64,000 nt of DNA from Gemmatimonadales bacterium (GCA_035604455.1 DATNIM010000042.1:33444-97443), one strand, 5' to 3'. Positions 49,595 through 59,903 are shown, numbered from the stretch's first letter. Notes: generated by a model not told the origin, from the sequence alone. A program made the numbers and translations.

Positions 49595-49915
49595 ATGGCG
49601 CTGCGCGAGCTGCAGCAGGCGGTCGACCGTTGGATCGACCAGTACCAGGAAGGCTACTTCACTCCTCTCACGAATCTCGCGCGGCTCACCGAAGAGGTCG
49701 GAGAGCTGGCGCGGGAGATCAACCACCAGTTCGGCGAGAAGTCGAAGAAGAAAGAGGAGCCCGAGGGATCCCTCGCGCTTGAGCTCGGGGACATCCTGTT
49801 CGTCGTGATCTGTCTTGCGAACTCCCAGGCAATCGACCTGGACGCTGCCTTTCAAGCGACCCTCACGAAGGTCGCGACGCGCGATGCCGACCGCTGGACC
49901 AAGAAGAAGCAATAA
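49595..49915 (+). CDS. MazG-like nucleotide pyrophosphohydrolase (single-domain, YpjD-type)
   Basis: LTEEVGELAREI...ELGDILFVVICLAN, an EExxE...ExxD all-alpha NTP-PPase pattern. Confidence 0.8.
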   Translation: MALRELQQAVDRWIDQYQEGYFTPLTNLARLTEEVGELAREINHQFGEKSKKKEEPEGSLALELGDILFVVICLANSQAIDLDAAFQATLTKVATRDADRWTKKKQ

Positions 49916-50031
49916 CCGGTCTCGAGTCGAGCCGTTGAACGGTGGGATCGGAAGAGGAATCGGGGCTCCGCCTTATATTGCCCGTCCAGTTCAGCGGTCA
50001 GTGCGTGAGAAATAAGGCCTTTTCTCTCGAG

Positions 50032-51276
50032 GTGAGCGTGGCCCCACCCCTCGTCGCACCGTTTGTCGGGGAGCGCTACCGAAAGGCGGCGCTCAGCGCG
50101 CTCATCGCACCGCCCTACGATGTCCTGACCCGAGACGACCGGGCACGATACGCGGCGCGCGATCCCCACAACATCGTCCACCTCATCCTGCCGGAATCGG
50201 CTGGCGAGGACCGCTATGCGCACGCCGCCACCCTGCTCGCGCGCTGGCGTGCCGAGGGGATCTTTGCCCCAGATCCGCGTCCCGCGGTCTACGTGCTCTC
50301 CCAGCGGTTTGCCCTTCCAACGGGCGAGCAGCACACGCGGCTCGGCATGTTCGCCGCGGTCTCCGCGGAGCTTGGGACGGGTAGAGTGCGCCCGCACGAA
50401 CAGACGCACTCCGTGCCGAAAGCCGACCGGTTGGCGCTGCTCCAGGCGACCCAGACGAACCTCGAGTCGATCTTTCTCCTCGCCCCGGACCAAGACCGCG
50501 CGTTCGCTCGGGCCGTGGCGCGCGCCGCGCGGGGTGCGCCCACCGCGCAGGCCGAGCTCGAGGGTGTGGACATGCAGCTCTGGGTCGTTTCGGGCCCGCA
50601 GGCTGACGAGCTCGCGGCGCTTGCCGGGCGGGCGCAGCTCTACATCGCGGACGGGCACCATCGCTTCGAAACGGCCGCTCGCTACGCGGCCGACCATCCA
50701 GGCGACGCGCGCGTGCTGTCCTTTGTCGTATCGGTGCACGATTCGGGGCTCGCGATTCTGCCGACGCACCGCGTGGTCGAGGGGCCGCGGCTCGATTCGG
50801 CGCCGCTCCTCGCGAGATGGCGAGAGTGGTTCGACGTCGGACGCGTGGCCCCATGCGCGGACCGGGTCGAGCGGCTCGCCGAACTCGGCCGGACGCGGAC
50901 GGCGTGTGTCGTGGCATTCCCGGAGGCGTTCGACGTGAGTCTGGTGCTGAAGGCGGACGCCCCACTCGACCGCATCGATCTCGGCCGAACCCCCGCTGTC
51001 CGCGCGCTCGACGTCGCCCGGGTCGACGCGCTCGTCGTGCGGCCGCTCGAAGCCGCGGCCGGCGTAGGGCTTCGCTACACGCCGGACCCGCGGGCCGCGT
51101 TCGATGCCGTGCGACGCGGCGGGGCGTCGGCCGCGGTGCTGCTCAATCCGACGCCCGTAAGCCAAGTGCTCGCCGTGGCGGACTCGGGCGATGTGATGCC
51201 CCCCAAGTCGACCTATTTCGTCCCGAAGGTGCCGAGCGGGCTAGTCTTGCGGCCGCTGGTGGAGCGCGGCGAGTAG
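50032..51276 (+). CDS. DUF1015 family protein
   Basis: VAPFVGERY...LIAPPYDVL...YIADGHHRFETA, typical DUF1015 motifs. The start is GTG 50032 or 50038, and the upstream part of the listed ORF is unlikely to be coding. Confidence 0.8.
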   Translation: MSVAPPLVAPFVGERYRKAALSALIAPPYDVLTRDDRARYAARDPHNIVHLILPESAGEDRYAHAATLLARWRAEGIFAPDPRPAVYVLSQRFALPTGEQHTRLGMFAAVSAELGTGRVRPHEQTHSVPKADRLALLQATQTNLESIFLLAPDQDRAFARAVARAARGAPTAQAELEGVDMQLWVVSGPQADELAALAGRAQLYIADGHHRFETAARYAADHPGDARVLSFVVSVHDSGLAILPTHRVVEGPRLDSAPLLARWREWFDVGRVAPCADRVERLAELGRTRTACVVAFPEAFDVSLVLKADAPLDRIDLGRTPAVRALDVARVDALVVRPLEAAAGVGLRYTPDPRAAFDAVRRGGASAAVLLNPTPVSQVLAVADSGDVMPPKSTYFVPKVPSGLVLRPLVERGE

Positions 51277-51771
51277 GGCTTTCGAGAAGGCTGGGAGATC
51301 GGCCGGGGTGCGCGAGGAGATGAGGTTCCCGTCCACCACGACCGCGCGATCCTCCCAGAGAACGCCCGCGTTCTCCATGTCGTCGCGGATCGCCCGCACG
51401 CTCGTGGCGCGCTTTCCCTTGAGGATCTTCGCCGAGATGGGCACCCACCCCGCATGGCAGATGAAGGCGACCGGTTTGCCGGCTTGAAAGATCTCGCGGG
51501 TGAGCCTGAGCACCGTCTCGGAGCGCCGTAGCTGATCGGGCGCGAACCCGCCGGGAATCACGAGGCCCGCGAAGTCCCTCGCTCGGACGTCGTCGACGTT
51601 CGCGTCCACCGTCACGGGGTAGCCCCGTTTACCCGCGTAGGTCTTTTCGCCGAGTCCCGCCACGACGGTCGTCGCCCCTTCCTCCTCGAGCCGGATCTTG
51701 GGATACCAGAGCTCGAGGTCTTCATACAGAGGGCCCGCGAAGAACAGGATCGAGGTGCCGGCGAGACTCAT
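51241..51771 (-). CDS. DJ-1/PfpI-family (class I glutamine amidotransferase-like) protein
   Basis: Starts at MSLAGTSILF. LVIPGGFAPD and the nucleophile elbow AFICHAGW. The N-terminal 93 codons of the listed ORF are rejected. Confidence 0.85.
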   Translation of the reverse strand: MSLAGTSILFFAGPLYEDLELWYPKIRLEEEGATTVVAGLGEKTYAGKRGYPVTVDANVDDVRARDFAGLVIPGGFAPDQLRRSETVLRLTREIFQAGKPVAFICHAGWVPISAKILKGKRATSVRAIRDDMENAGVLWEDRAVVVDGNLISSRTPADLPAFSKALLAALHQRPQD

Positions 51772-51827
51772 TGGTTGTGAAGATAGCTCCCTCGCCGCCG
51801 GGTCGCGCCGTCGATAGGTTTGCGCCC

Positions 51828-52082
51828 ATGTCGCCTCGGCCTCGCCAGCGTGTCCTCGACAACCTCGACACCGTGTACCGGGACGCCTACGAGCGAGCCA
51901 GAGTGGCGGGCGACAACGCCCGCATGGCGGATCTCGACGCCGCCTACCAGCGCGAGCAGCTCCTGCTCGAAGTGCTGCTCGATATCCGCGACGCGTTGGT
52001 GCCCGAGGGGCGTCGCGAGAAGCCCGAGACCCCAGACCCCCTCGGGGCACTCGAGACGATCCGCCGGATCACGGGCTGCTAG
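51828..52082 (+). CDS. Hypothetical protein (84 aa, helical)
   Basis: ATG-initiated with strongly GC3-biased codons (MSPRPRQRVLDNLDTVYRDAYERARVAGDN...). No domain recognised. Confidence 0.5.
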   Translation: MSPRPRQRVLDNLDTVYRDAYERARVAGDNARMADLDAAYQREQLLLEVLLDIRDALVPEGRREKPETPDPLGALETIRRITGC

Positions 52083-52555
52083 CCGCCGTAGCTGAACCCC
52101 GTGGCCTCGAGCGTCAGCGCATGCGCGTCCTGGTGCTCGAGGCCGGCCTCGACCACCTCACCGAGGACCAGCGTGTGGTCGCCCGCGGGCAGGGTCGCCA
52201 CGAGCCGGCAGACCAGCCATCCGAGCGCGTCCGCGAGCACGGGCGTTGAGCCGACGGGCTTGGTCTTCAAGCCCTTCAGCTTCTGCGGCGCCTGGTCGGA
52301 GGTCCGGCCGAGCTTCGCCGCCAGATCGCGTTGCGTGTGCTGCAGCAGGTTCACGGCGAAGCGGCGGGCATCCCGGATCATGCCGATTGTTTTCGACCTG
52401 TTTTCGATCGCCACGGCGAGCATCGGCGGGTCGAAGGAGGCCTGCGTGACCCAGTTGGCGGTCATGCCGTGCTCCTCCCCGCCGTGGGCAACGGTCACCG
52501 CGTAGAGTCCGTAGGGAAATTGTTGCAGGATGGCCTTGCGCGCCGCCTCGTCCAC
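52079..52555 (-). CDS. Flavin reductase-like (FMN-binding split barrel) protein
   Basis: GTG 52555 preceded by GGAGGG. FPYGLYAVTVAHGGEEHGMTANWVTQASFDPPMLAVAI...GDHTLVLGEVV. The rest of the listed 504-aa ORF is a shadow of the E1 gene. Confidence 0.85.
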   Translation of the reverse strand: MDEAARKAILQQFPYGLYAVTVAHGGEEHGMTANWVTQASFDPPMLAVAIENRSKTIGMIRDARRFAVNLLQHTQRDLAAKLGRTSDQAPQKLKGLKTKPVGSTPVLADALGWLVCRLVATLPAGDHTLVLGEVVEAGLEHQDAHALTLEATGFSYGG

Positions 52556-52681
52556 AGGAGTACCCTCCGCGTGCGTCTGTTCAGTACGTGTGGTTGAGAA
52601 TATCGACGCGAGTAGGAATGCTCGCCACCGGCTGGCTCGGGTCCCCTTGGGCCGTGTGGCAGGAGTATCTTTAGCCGCCGC

Positions 52682-54793
52682 ATGACGACCCGCACGCGCC
52701 CGCAGCACAAGATCCAGCCGCTCACGAAGCCGGATCTCCTCGAGATGTACCGGCTCATACTCCTGTCGCGGCGCCTGGACGACCGGGAGATCCAGCTCAA
52801 GCGCCAGAATCGGATCTTCTTTCAGATATCGGGAGCGGGCCACGAGGGTGTGCTTGTCGCCGCGGCCCGCGTGCTGCGGCCCGGCCACGACTGGTTCTAC
52901 GCGTATTACCGCGACCGGGCGCTCGCGCTCGGGCTCGGGCTTACGCCGGCGGAGATGCTCTTGGCCGCGGTCGCCGCGGCCGACGATCCGAGCTCGGGCG
53001 GCCGCCAGATGCCGTCGCACTGGGGCCACAAGGCGCTGAACCTCGTGAGTCAGTCGAGTCCCACGGGCACCCAGTTCGTCGAGGCGGTCGGAGCGGCCGA
53101 GGCCACGCTCCGCTACGCGCGGATCCCCGGGCTCGAGCGCGAGGAGTCGGACGAGATCGTCTACTGCTCGGCCGGCGAGGGGGCGACGAGCGAGGGGGAG
53201 TTCTGGGAGGCGCTGAACACGGCCTGCGGTCTCAAAGCGCCCGTGCTCTTTCTCATCGAGGACAACGGGTACGCGATCTCCGTCCCGGTCGAGGTCCAGA
53301 CGGCGGGCGGGTCCATCTCGAAGCTCGTCGCCTCCTTCCCGAACCTCTACGTCGAGGAAGTGGACGGCTGCGACCCGGTCGCGTCCTACGGCGCCATGGG
53401 ACGCGCGGCGGCGCACTGCCGGGCGCGCAGGGGCCCGGCGCTCGTGCACGCGCACGTGATCCGGCCCTACTCCCACTCCCTGTCCGACGACGAAGCGGCC
53501 TACAAGCCGTCCCGGGAACGCTTGGCCGAAGCGGCGCGGGATTGTCTCGTCACATTCCCCGAGCGCCTCCGCGCCGAGGGCACCGCGACCCAAAGCGAGC
53601 TCGACGCGATCGCTCGGCAGGTGGACGAGGAGGTAGCGGTCGCGACGGACATGGCGCTCGCGTCACCGCCGCCCGGACCCGAAACGGCCCTGCTGTACGT
53701 ATACTCGCCGGACGTGGACCCCACCTCGGAGCAGTTCGACACCGAGGACGACCCCCATTTCGCCGACGACCCGACCACGATGGTCGATCTCCTGAACGCG
53801 TGCCTGCGGGACGAGATGGCGCGCGACCCGCGCATCCTCGTCTTCGGGGAGGACGTGGCCGACCTCTCGCGCGAGGAGCATCTGCCCGAGGTCAAGGGCA
53901 AGGGCGGTGTGTTCAAGGTCACCGCCGGACTCCAGCGCGAATTCGGCAGCGACCGGGTGTACAACACGCCGCTCGCCGAAGCCGCGATCGTGGGGCGCGC
54001 CATCGGGCTCGCCACGCGCGGCCTCAAGCCCGTGATCGAGATCCAGTTCTTCGATTACATCTGGCCCGCCTACCACCAGATGCGAAACGAGCTCGTGACG
54101 CTGCGGTGGCGCTCGAACAACGCCTTCAGCTGTCCGATCGTGCTCCGCGTCCCCTACGGCGGATACCTGAAGGGCGGCTCGATCTACCACTCGCAGACGG
54201 GGGCGGTGCTGTTCACCGCGCTACCCGGCTTGCGCGTCGTTTGCCCGTCGACGGCGCTCGACGCGAACGGCCTGCTCCGCACGGCCATTCGCTCCGACGA
54301 CCCGGTCTTGTTCCTCGAGCACAAGCACCTGTATCGCCAGACCTACAACAAGGCCCCGAACCCGGGCCCGAACTTCCTCATCCCGTTCGGCAAGGCGAAG
54401 GTCGCGCGGCCCGGTACGCACGCCACGGTCGTCACGTACGGCGCCGTGGTGCAGCGGGCGCTCTCCGCCGCGAAGGAGCTCGAGGAGAAGGAGGGCCTGA
54501 GCGTCGAGGTGATCGATCTCCGGTCGCTCTCACCCGTCGACTGGCCCACGATCGCGGCGTCGGTGGCGCGGACGAACCGCGTGCTCGTGGCCTATGAGGA
54601 CCCGCTGTCCTGGGGTTATGGGGCCGAGATCGCGGCGCGGATCGCGGATGACTGCTTCCCGTTCTTGGACGCGCCCGTCCGGCGGGTGGCGTCGGCGGAC
54701 TGTTTCGTGGGCTATGCGCCGAGCCTGGAGGACGTGATCCTGCCCCAGGTCGAGCGCCTCACCCGGGCCCTGCGCGAGCTCTGCCGCTTCTGA
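52682..54793 (+). CDS. Fused E1 alpha/beta subunit of a 2-oxoacid (branched-chain/pyruvate-type) dehydrogenase, TPP-dependent
   Basis: 703 aa. The alpha part has [14 protein letters not shown] and the [18 protein letters not shown] motif. The beta part has VFGEDV...GGVFKVT..., [11 protein letters not shown] and a transketolase-C-like end. Confidence 0.88.
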   Translation: MTTRTRPQHKIQPLTKPDLLEMYRLILLSRRLDDREIQLKRQNRIFFQISGAGHEGVLVAAARVLRPGHDWFYAYYRDRALALGLGLTPAEMLLAAVAAADDPSSGGRQMPSHWGHKALNLVSQSSPTGTQFVEAVGAAEATLRYARIPGLEREESDEIVYCSAGEGATSEGEFWEALNTACGLKAPVLFLIEDNGYAISVPVEVQTAGGSISKLVASFPNLYVEEVDGCDPVASYGAMGRAAAHCRARRGPALVHAHVIRPYSHSLSDDEAAYKPSRERLAEAARDCLVTFPERLRAEGTATQSELDAIARQVDEEVAVATDMALASPPPGPETALLYVYSPDVDPTSEQFDTEDDPHFADDPTTMVDLLNACLRDEMARDPRILVFGEDVADLSREEHLPEVKGKGGVFKVTAGLQREFGSDRVYNTPLAEAAIVGRAIGLATRGLKPVIEIQFFDYIWPAYHQMRNELVTLRWRSNNAFSCPIVLRVPYGGYLKGGSIYHSQTGAVLFTALPGLRVVCPSTALDANGLLRTAIRSDDPVLFLEHKHLYRQTYNKAPNPGPNFLIPFGKAKVARPGTHATVVTYGAVVQRALSAAKELEEKEGLSVEVIDLRSLSPVDWPTIAASVARTNRVLVAYEDPLSWGYGAEIAARIADDCFPFLDAPVRRVASADCFVGYAPSLEDVILPQVERLTRALRELCRF

Positions 54794-54797
54794 CCGC

Positions 54798-56531
54798 TTA
54801 GGTCGGGGTGTCGTCGAGCGCCGCGCGGACCTCTCCGGCCGCCGCGATCGCGTGGTCGACGTCCCGGGATAGCGCCCGCGCCTGTTCCGTCGCAACGGTC
54901 AGGTCGTCGAGCACGGCCGCGACGCCGGCCGATCGCAGCCGCAACAAGTCGTAGCGCACGTTCTGCATCGCGAGGCTGCAGGATTCGAGCTGCTCGGCCA
55001 CGCGGCGCCGGCGGTCGACGAGCTCGTCCAGGGCCTGGCGCTGGCGGGCGAGCAGCCCGAGCTGCCGGTCCCGCTCGGGGCTCGGCGTTTCACCCTCGGT
55101 CGCCGTGATCCTCGCGCTGAGGCGCGCGAGCGCGCTTTCGTCCACCCCCACGCTCATCGAATGCAGCAGGCGGGCAAGCTCCTCCGCGCGCCGGAGCAGC
55201 GTGTCGACGGTCGGCGCGACATCGGGCAGCAGCTTGCGCTCGCTTGAGGGCAGCTTCTCGATGATGCGGAGAATGCCCCGACGATCGTCTCGAGCCTGGC
55301 GCACGGCGGCCTCGCCCGACCCGAACTCTTCGGGGCCGCCCGAGCGCGCTTGGACGGCGTCCGGTGCCGGAGGGCGCGCGAGCACGTCCCGCCAGGAATA
55401 GCCTGCCTGCCACAGCCGCACGTAGCGCGGCACGAGCCAGATCGCCGCCAGCACGCCCGAGACGACGAGCGACCAGCTGGGAATGTGACGCCCCGTCACG
55501 ACGTCGATCACGAAGAGGGGACCTGAGACCGATGCCCACCGCACGAAGCTCGCGCGCGCCCGCTCGACAGCGGGCGCCTCGAGTGCCGGCCGGTCGGCCG
55601 CGCTCGGGCGGCGAGCGGGTTCGCTGGGCGGCGCGGCTGGCCGCCGGGCCGGCAGCGCGGGTCGTGGCGCCACGGCCGAGCGCGCCTCGAGCGCGCGGCG
55701 CAACGCGTCCGCCGTGGGCCAGCGGTCCTCGGGATCCTTCGCGAGACAGCGCGCCACGGCGGCGGCAAGATCGGGCGGGCAGTCGGGCCGCTTCGTCGAG
55801 ACGAGCGGCGCGTCTTCGGTCATCTGCTTCACGAGGATGCCGGGCACCGTCGACGCATGGAACGGCAGCTCGCCCACGAGCATCTGGTAGCCCACGACGC
55901 CCAGGCTGTAGAGGTCCGCCCGGCCGTCGATCTCCCGCTCGCCCGCGGCCTGCTCGGGGCTCATGTAATGCGGCGTGCCGATCGCGACGCCCGTCGCGGT
56001 GAGCGTGGCGCCGGACCCTGAGAGCGCCTTGGCGATCCCGAAATCGGTGACGACCACTCGGCCGCGGCTGCCTTCGAGCAGGATGTTGTCGGGCTTCACG
56101 TCCCGGTGGATGATGCCGAGCCCGTGCGCGGCTCCGAGCGCGTCCGACGCCTCGATCAGGATGCGGCGGGCTTCCTCCGGAGCGAGTCGGCCGCGCCGCT
56201 TCAGCCGGGCCGAGAGCGGCTCGCCGTCGACATAGGCCATGACGAAGTAGACGATCCCGTCGGCGCCCTCGCCCACGGAATGGATCGGCACGATATGCGG
56301 GTGCGACAGCCGCGCCGCCGTCTCCGCCTCGCGCAGAAACCGCGTGCGGATCTCCTCGTGGAAGGCGAGATCGGGCGGCAGGACCTTCACCGCCACCCGT
56401 CGCTTCAGACGTTCATCGCGGGCGCCGTAGACCACGCCCATACCGCCGCGACCGATTTCGCCATCGAGGGTATAACCGGAACCGAGGGCGTTGCTCAGGC
56501 GTGCAGCGAGCGCGTCGGTGGGCACGGTCAT
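54798..56531 (-). CDS. Membrane Ser/Thr protein kinase with long helical C-terminal domain
   Basis: Starts at MTVPTD. GRGGMGVVY...VAVKVL, HRDVKPDNILL, DFGIAK and SPEQ. A Pro/Ala linker and two hydrophobic segments follow, then a ~170-aa helical domain of unknown function. Confidence 0.88.
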   Translation of the reverse strand: MTVPTDALAARLSNALGSGYTLDGEIGRGGMGVVYGARDERLKRRVAVKVLPPDLAFHEEIRTRFLREAETAARLSHPHIVPIHSVGEGADGIVYFVMAYVDGEPLSARLKRRGRLAPEEARRILIEASDALGAAHGLGIIHRDVKPDNILLEGSRGRVVVTDFGIAKALSGSGATLTATGVAIGTPHYMSPEQAAGEREIDGRADLYSLGVVGYQMLVGELPFHASTVPGILVKQMTEDAPLVSTKRPDCPPDLAAAVARCLAKDPEDRWPTADALRRALEARSAVAPRPALPARRPAAPPSEPARRPSAADRPALEAPAVERARASFVRWASVSGPLFVIDVVTGRHIPSWSLVVSGVLAAIWLVPRYVRLWQAGYSWRDVLARPPAPDAVQARSGGPEEFGSGEAAVRQARDDRRGILRIIEKLPSSERKLLPDVAPTVDTLLRRAEELARLLHSMSVGVDESALARLSARITATEGETPSPERDRQLGLLARQRQALDELVDRRRRVAEQLESCSLAMQNVRYDLLRLRSAGVAAVLDDLTVATEQARALSRDVDHAIAAAGEVRAALDDTPT

Positions 56532-56770
56532 TCGCAGTGGAAGGGAGTCGGCGCTAGAAGATTTAGCCCCCCCGCGCGCACCGGGCAACTGCCGTTTTCG
56601 TCGACGCTTGAAGGGTCGTTCCGGTCGCGGCGGCAGGCGCTGCCTATTTGGCGGCGACGGGACGGAACGGAAGGCGTGTTCTGGGCGTTTCTAATGGCAT
56701 AAGAGATGCCCAAGCGGTTCGTGGAGAGTGAAACCAGTCGTTGTCCTCTATGTCGTTAGCGAGTTTGCCC

Positions 56771-59209
56771 ATGAGTGAGAAACTGACACTTCCTGTGATC
56801 CCGCTGCGGGACATCGTGCTCTTTCCCGGTGTCACCGCCCCGGTAGCCGCCGGTCGCCCTGCGACGCTGCACGCGATCGAGACGGCCCTGAAGACGCCGT
56901 CGCGGCGGGTGTTTGCCGTGATGCAGCGCGACAACGTCGACGTCGTGTCGCCGGTCGGGCTGCACACCTTCGGCACGGTGGCGCGCATCGGACAGGTCCA
57001 GCGCGGGCGCGGCTCGATCCAGATGACCCTGCACGGTGACGTGCGGGCCACGGTCGTCCAGTATCGCGACGCCGGTGGTCATCTCGAGGCCGACGTGCTC
57101 GAAGCGGCCGAGCTGCCGCCGTTGAACCCTGAGGACCCGGCGTTCGTCGGGCTCTACCGCGAGACCCGGCAGCGCGCGAGCGAGCTGGGACAGAAATCCG
57201 GGCTCCCAGACGAAGTGGTGAAGCAGGTGCTCGAAGGGGTCACGGACCCCGGCCGCTTCACGGACTTGGTCGCGGGTCACCTCGACATCAAGCCGGTCGA
57301 CCGCGAGACGCTCCTCGAGACGGTGTCCGTGGAAGAGCGGATGCGCCGGGTGCTCGTGCACGTCCAGCGGCAGATCGGCGTGCTCGACGCGCAGGAGGAC
57401 ATCAAGTCCCAGGTCCAAGAGGAGCTCGGCGAGCGTCAGCGGGAGATGTTGCTCCGCGAGCAGCTCAAGGCCATCCGCAAGGAGCTCGGGGAGGAAAAGG
57501 AGGAAAGCGCGACCGACGAGCTCGAGGAGCGGCTCGCCAAGCTCGAGCTCCCAGAGGCGGCGCGAAAGGAAGTCGATCGCGAGCTCGCCCGGCTCGAGCG
57601 GGCCAACCCGGATTCCATGGAAGCCCAGGTGATCCGGACGTACTTGGAGACCGTGGCCGAGCTGCCCTGGAACACGCGGGCCGAGGAGTCGCTCGACCTG
57701 AAGCGGGCCGAGGAGATTCTCGAGCAGGACCACTACGGCCTGAAGGACGTCAAGGATCAGGTCCTCGAGTTCCTGGCCGTGCGGCAGCTGCGCCAGCAAG
57801 GCGTGGCCGCGCCCCAGGACGGCGACAGCCCGAAGACCGGGGACGACCGCGAGCTCCGCGGGCACATCCTGCTGTTCGTCGGGCCCCCTGGCGTCGGCAA
57901 GACGTCCATCGCCAAGTCCATCGCCCGCGCCATGGGCCGGCCCTACGTGCGGATCTCGCTCGGCGGCGCCCGGGACGAAGCGGACATCCGGGGTCACCGC
58001 CGGACCTACGTGGGTGCAATGCCCGGGCGCATCCTCCAGGGGATGAAGCAGGCCGGGGCGAAGAACCCCGTGTTCCTGCTCGACGAAGTCGACAAGCTCG
58101 GGATCTCCTTCCAGGGCGATCCCGCGGCGGCCCTTCTCGAGGTGCTGGATCCGGCGCAGAACGACTCGTTCACGGATCACTACTTGGGGGTGCCGTTCGA
58201 CCTGTCCGAGGTGCTCTTCGTGGCGACGGCGAACTTCCTGCAGTCGATCCCGGGGCCGCTGCTCGACCGGCTCGAGATCGTGAACTTCGCCGGCTATACG
58301 GAGCGGGAGAAGCTCGAGATCGCGAAGCGCTACCTCGTCCCGCGGCAGCTCGCGGAGAACGGGCTCGCGTCCAATCAGCTGGACGTCACGGACGACGCCC
58401 TGAGCGAGCTCATCACGAGCTACACGCGCGAAGCGGGTGTGCGACAGCTCGAGCGCGAAATCGGCCGGCTCGGCCGCAAGGTCGCCCGGCAGATCGCAAG
58501 CGGGCAAGCCGAACGGCTCACGGTCGACGCCAAGGCGGTCCACGAGCTCGTGGGGCGGCCGAAAGTGCATCCTGAGCGGAAGGCGCGCGAAGATCAGATC
58601 GGCGTCGCGACCGGCATGTATTACACACCGGTCGGAGGCGACATCATGTTCGTCGAGACGAGCGTGATGCGCGGCAAGGGCGAGCTCGTGCTGACGGGCC
58701 AGCTGGGTGACGTGATGAAGGAGTCCGCCCGGGCGGCGCTGACGTACGCCAAGTCCCATGCCGAACGGCTCGGGATCCCCTCGATGGGGCTCGAAGGCAT
58801 CGACGTCCACGTGCACGTGCCCGCGGGAGCGATCCCGAAGGACGGGCCGTCGGCAGGCGTCACAATGGCGACGGCGCTCGTCTCCGCGCTGTCGCGGCGC
58901 CCGGCGCGGCACGACGTGGCAATGACGGGCGAGGTCACGCTCCGCGGCCGGGTGCTGCCGATCGGCGGGGTGAAGGAGAAGATTTTGGGCGCGGTTCGGG
59001 CAGGCATCGACGAGATTATCCTGCCGAAGGAGAACGAGCCGGACTTGGAGGACTTGCCCGAGGACGTGCGTCGGACGTTGAACGTCCATCTCGTGGAGGA
59101 GCTCGGCGACGTGTTGTCGATCGCGCTGCGGGGTGCGCGCTTCGAAGCGGGACACCTGCTCTTTGAAAGCGCCCCGGTCGAACCGAGCTTCATGACGGTG
59201 CAGAACTAA
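56771..59209 (+). CDS. lon: ATP-dependent Lon protease (LonA)
   Basis: Starts at MSEKLTLPVIPLRD. Walker A GPPGVGKTS, LLDEVDK, and the protease active site PKDGPSAGVTMATAL. The listed TTG at 56741 is possible. Confidence 0.96.
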   Translation: MSEKLTLPVIPLRDIVLFPGVTAPVAAGRPATLHAIETALKTPSRRVFAVMQRDNVDVVSPVGLHTFGTVARIGQVQRGRGSIQMTLHGDVRATVVQYRDAGGHLEADVLEAAELPPLNPEDPAFVGLYRETRQRASELGQKSGLPDEVVKQVLEGVTDPGRFTDLVAGHLDIKPVDRETLLETVSVEERMRRVLVHVQRQIGVLDAQEDIKSQVQEELGERQREMLLREQLKAIRKELGEEKEESATDELEERLAKLELPEAARKEVDRELARLERANPDSMEAQVIRTYLETVAELPWNTRAEESLDLKRAEEILEQDHYGLKDVKDQVLEFLAVRQLRQQGVAAPQDGDSPKTGDDRELRGHILLFVGPPGVGKTSIAKSIARAMGRPYVRISLGGARDEADIRGHRRTYVGAMPGRILQGMKQAGAKNPVFLLDEVDKLGISFQGDPAAALLEVLDPAQNDSFTDHYLGVPFDLSEVLFVATANFLQSIPGPLLDRLEIVNFAGYTEREKLEIAKRYLVPRQLAENGLASNQLDVTDDALSELITSYTREAGVRQLEREIGRLGRKVARQIASGQAERLTVDAKAVHELVGRPKVHPERKAREDQIGVATGMYYTPVGGDIMFVETSVMRGKGELVLTGQLGDVMKESARAALTYAKSHAERLGIPSMGLEGIDVHVHVPAGAIPKDGPSAGVTMATALVSALSRRPARHDVAMTGEVTLRGRVLPIGGVKEKILGAVRAGIDEIILPKENEPDLEDLPEDVRRTLNVHLVEELGDVLSIALRGARFEAGHLLFESAPVEPSFMTVQN

Positions 59210-59230
59210 AGCATCCGGACACCACACACT

Positions 59231-59271
59231 CGCGAGCACCAGGGTCACGGCCCTGGTGCTCGCGTCGTTTT
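59231..59271. terminator. Strong bidirectional hairpin terminator between lon and the convergent TetR gene
   Basis: Perfect 14-bp stem CGCGAGCACCAGGG / CCCTGGTGCTCGCG with a 6-nt loop, followed by TCGTTTT. Confidence 0.7.
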
Positions 59272-59275
59272 CGCC

Positions 59276-59884
59276 CTAGCGCGCGGCCAGCCCTTCGACG
59301 ACCAGGCGCACGGCGGCGTCCTTCCACCGTGTCGCGAGTCCGGGTTCGTCGCCTCCGAGTGCCGCAGCACTCGTGGCGACGAGCGGTTCGAGCGCGAGGT
59401 AGGCGAGCATGAGGACCAGCGCCTGGGCCGCCGCGATGTGGGGGTCGACGTCGTCGCGCACGTGCCCACGTCCCTGGCCCTCGGCGACGAGGACGACGAG
59501 CCGGGCGAGCGCGGGGCTCAGCGGACGCGCTTCCGAGCGGCCGGCCTGGGCGAGTAGCGCGGCGTAGGTCGGGTTGTTCGCCAGATACTCAAAATGGGCT
59601 TCGAGCGCCTTCCGGAGGCGTTCGAGGGGTGGTCCCTCGCCCACGACCGTCTGCGCCACGTGGGCCTCGAGTTCCTTTGCGGCCTGGGCGAGCACGGTAT
59701 GGAAGAGCCCGCGCTTCGAGTGATAGTAGTAGAAGAGCAACTGCTTGTTCGTCCGGGCCCGGCGGGCGATCCGCTCCATGCGCGCCCCGTCATATCCGTG
59801 CGCCGCAAACTCCTCGCGCGCCGCATCGATTATTCGTATCGCTCTGTCATTACTCAACTTAGGATGCACGACGCGTTTCCTCAA
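59276..59884 (-). CDS. TetR/AcrR-family transcriptional regulator
   Basis: IIDAAREEFAAHGYDGARMERIARRARTNKQLLFYYYHSKRGLF, the TetR HTH signature. Confidence 0.88.
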   Translation of the reverse strand: MRKRVVHPKLSNDRAIRIIDAAREEFAAHGYDGARMERIARRARTNKQLLFYYYHSKRGLFHTVLAQAAKELEAHVAQTVVGEGPPLERLRKALEAHFEYLANNPTYAALLAQAGRSEARPLSPALARLVVLVAEGQGRGHVRDDVDPHIAAAQALVLMLAYLALEPLVATSAAALGGDEPGLATRWKDAAVRLVVEGLAAR

Positions 59885-59903
59885 CCAGGTGGTTGAGGAA
59901 AAC

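Noticed and set aside
56750-56790. Possible CIRCE heat-shock operator (TTAGCGAGT...GAGTGAGAA) at the lon start
   Set aside because: The left half matches the CIRCE consensus at only 5 of 9 positions. The two halves are not inverted repeats of each other, and the spacing is 8 rather than 9 nt.
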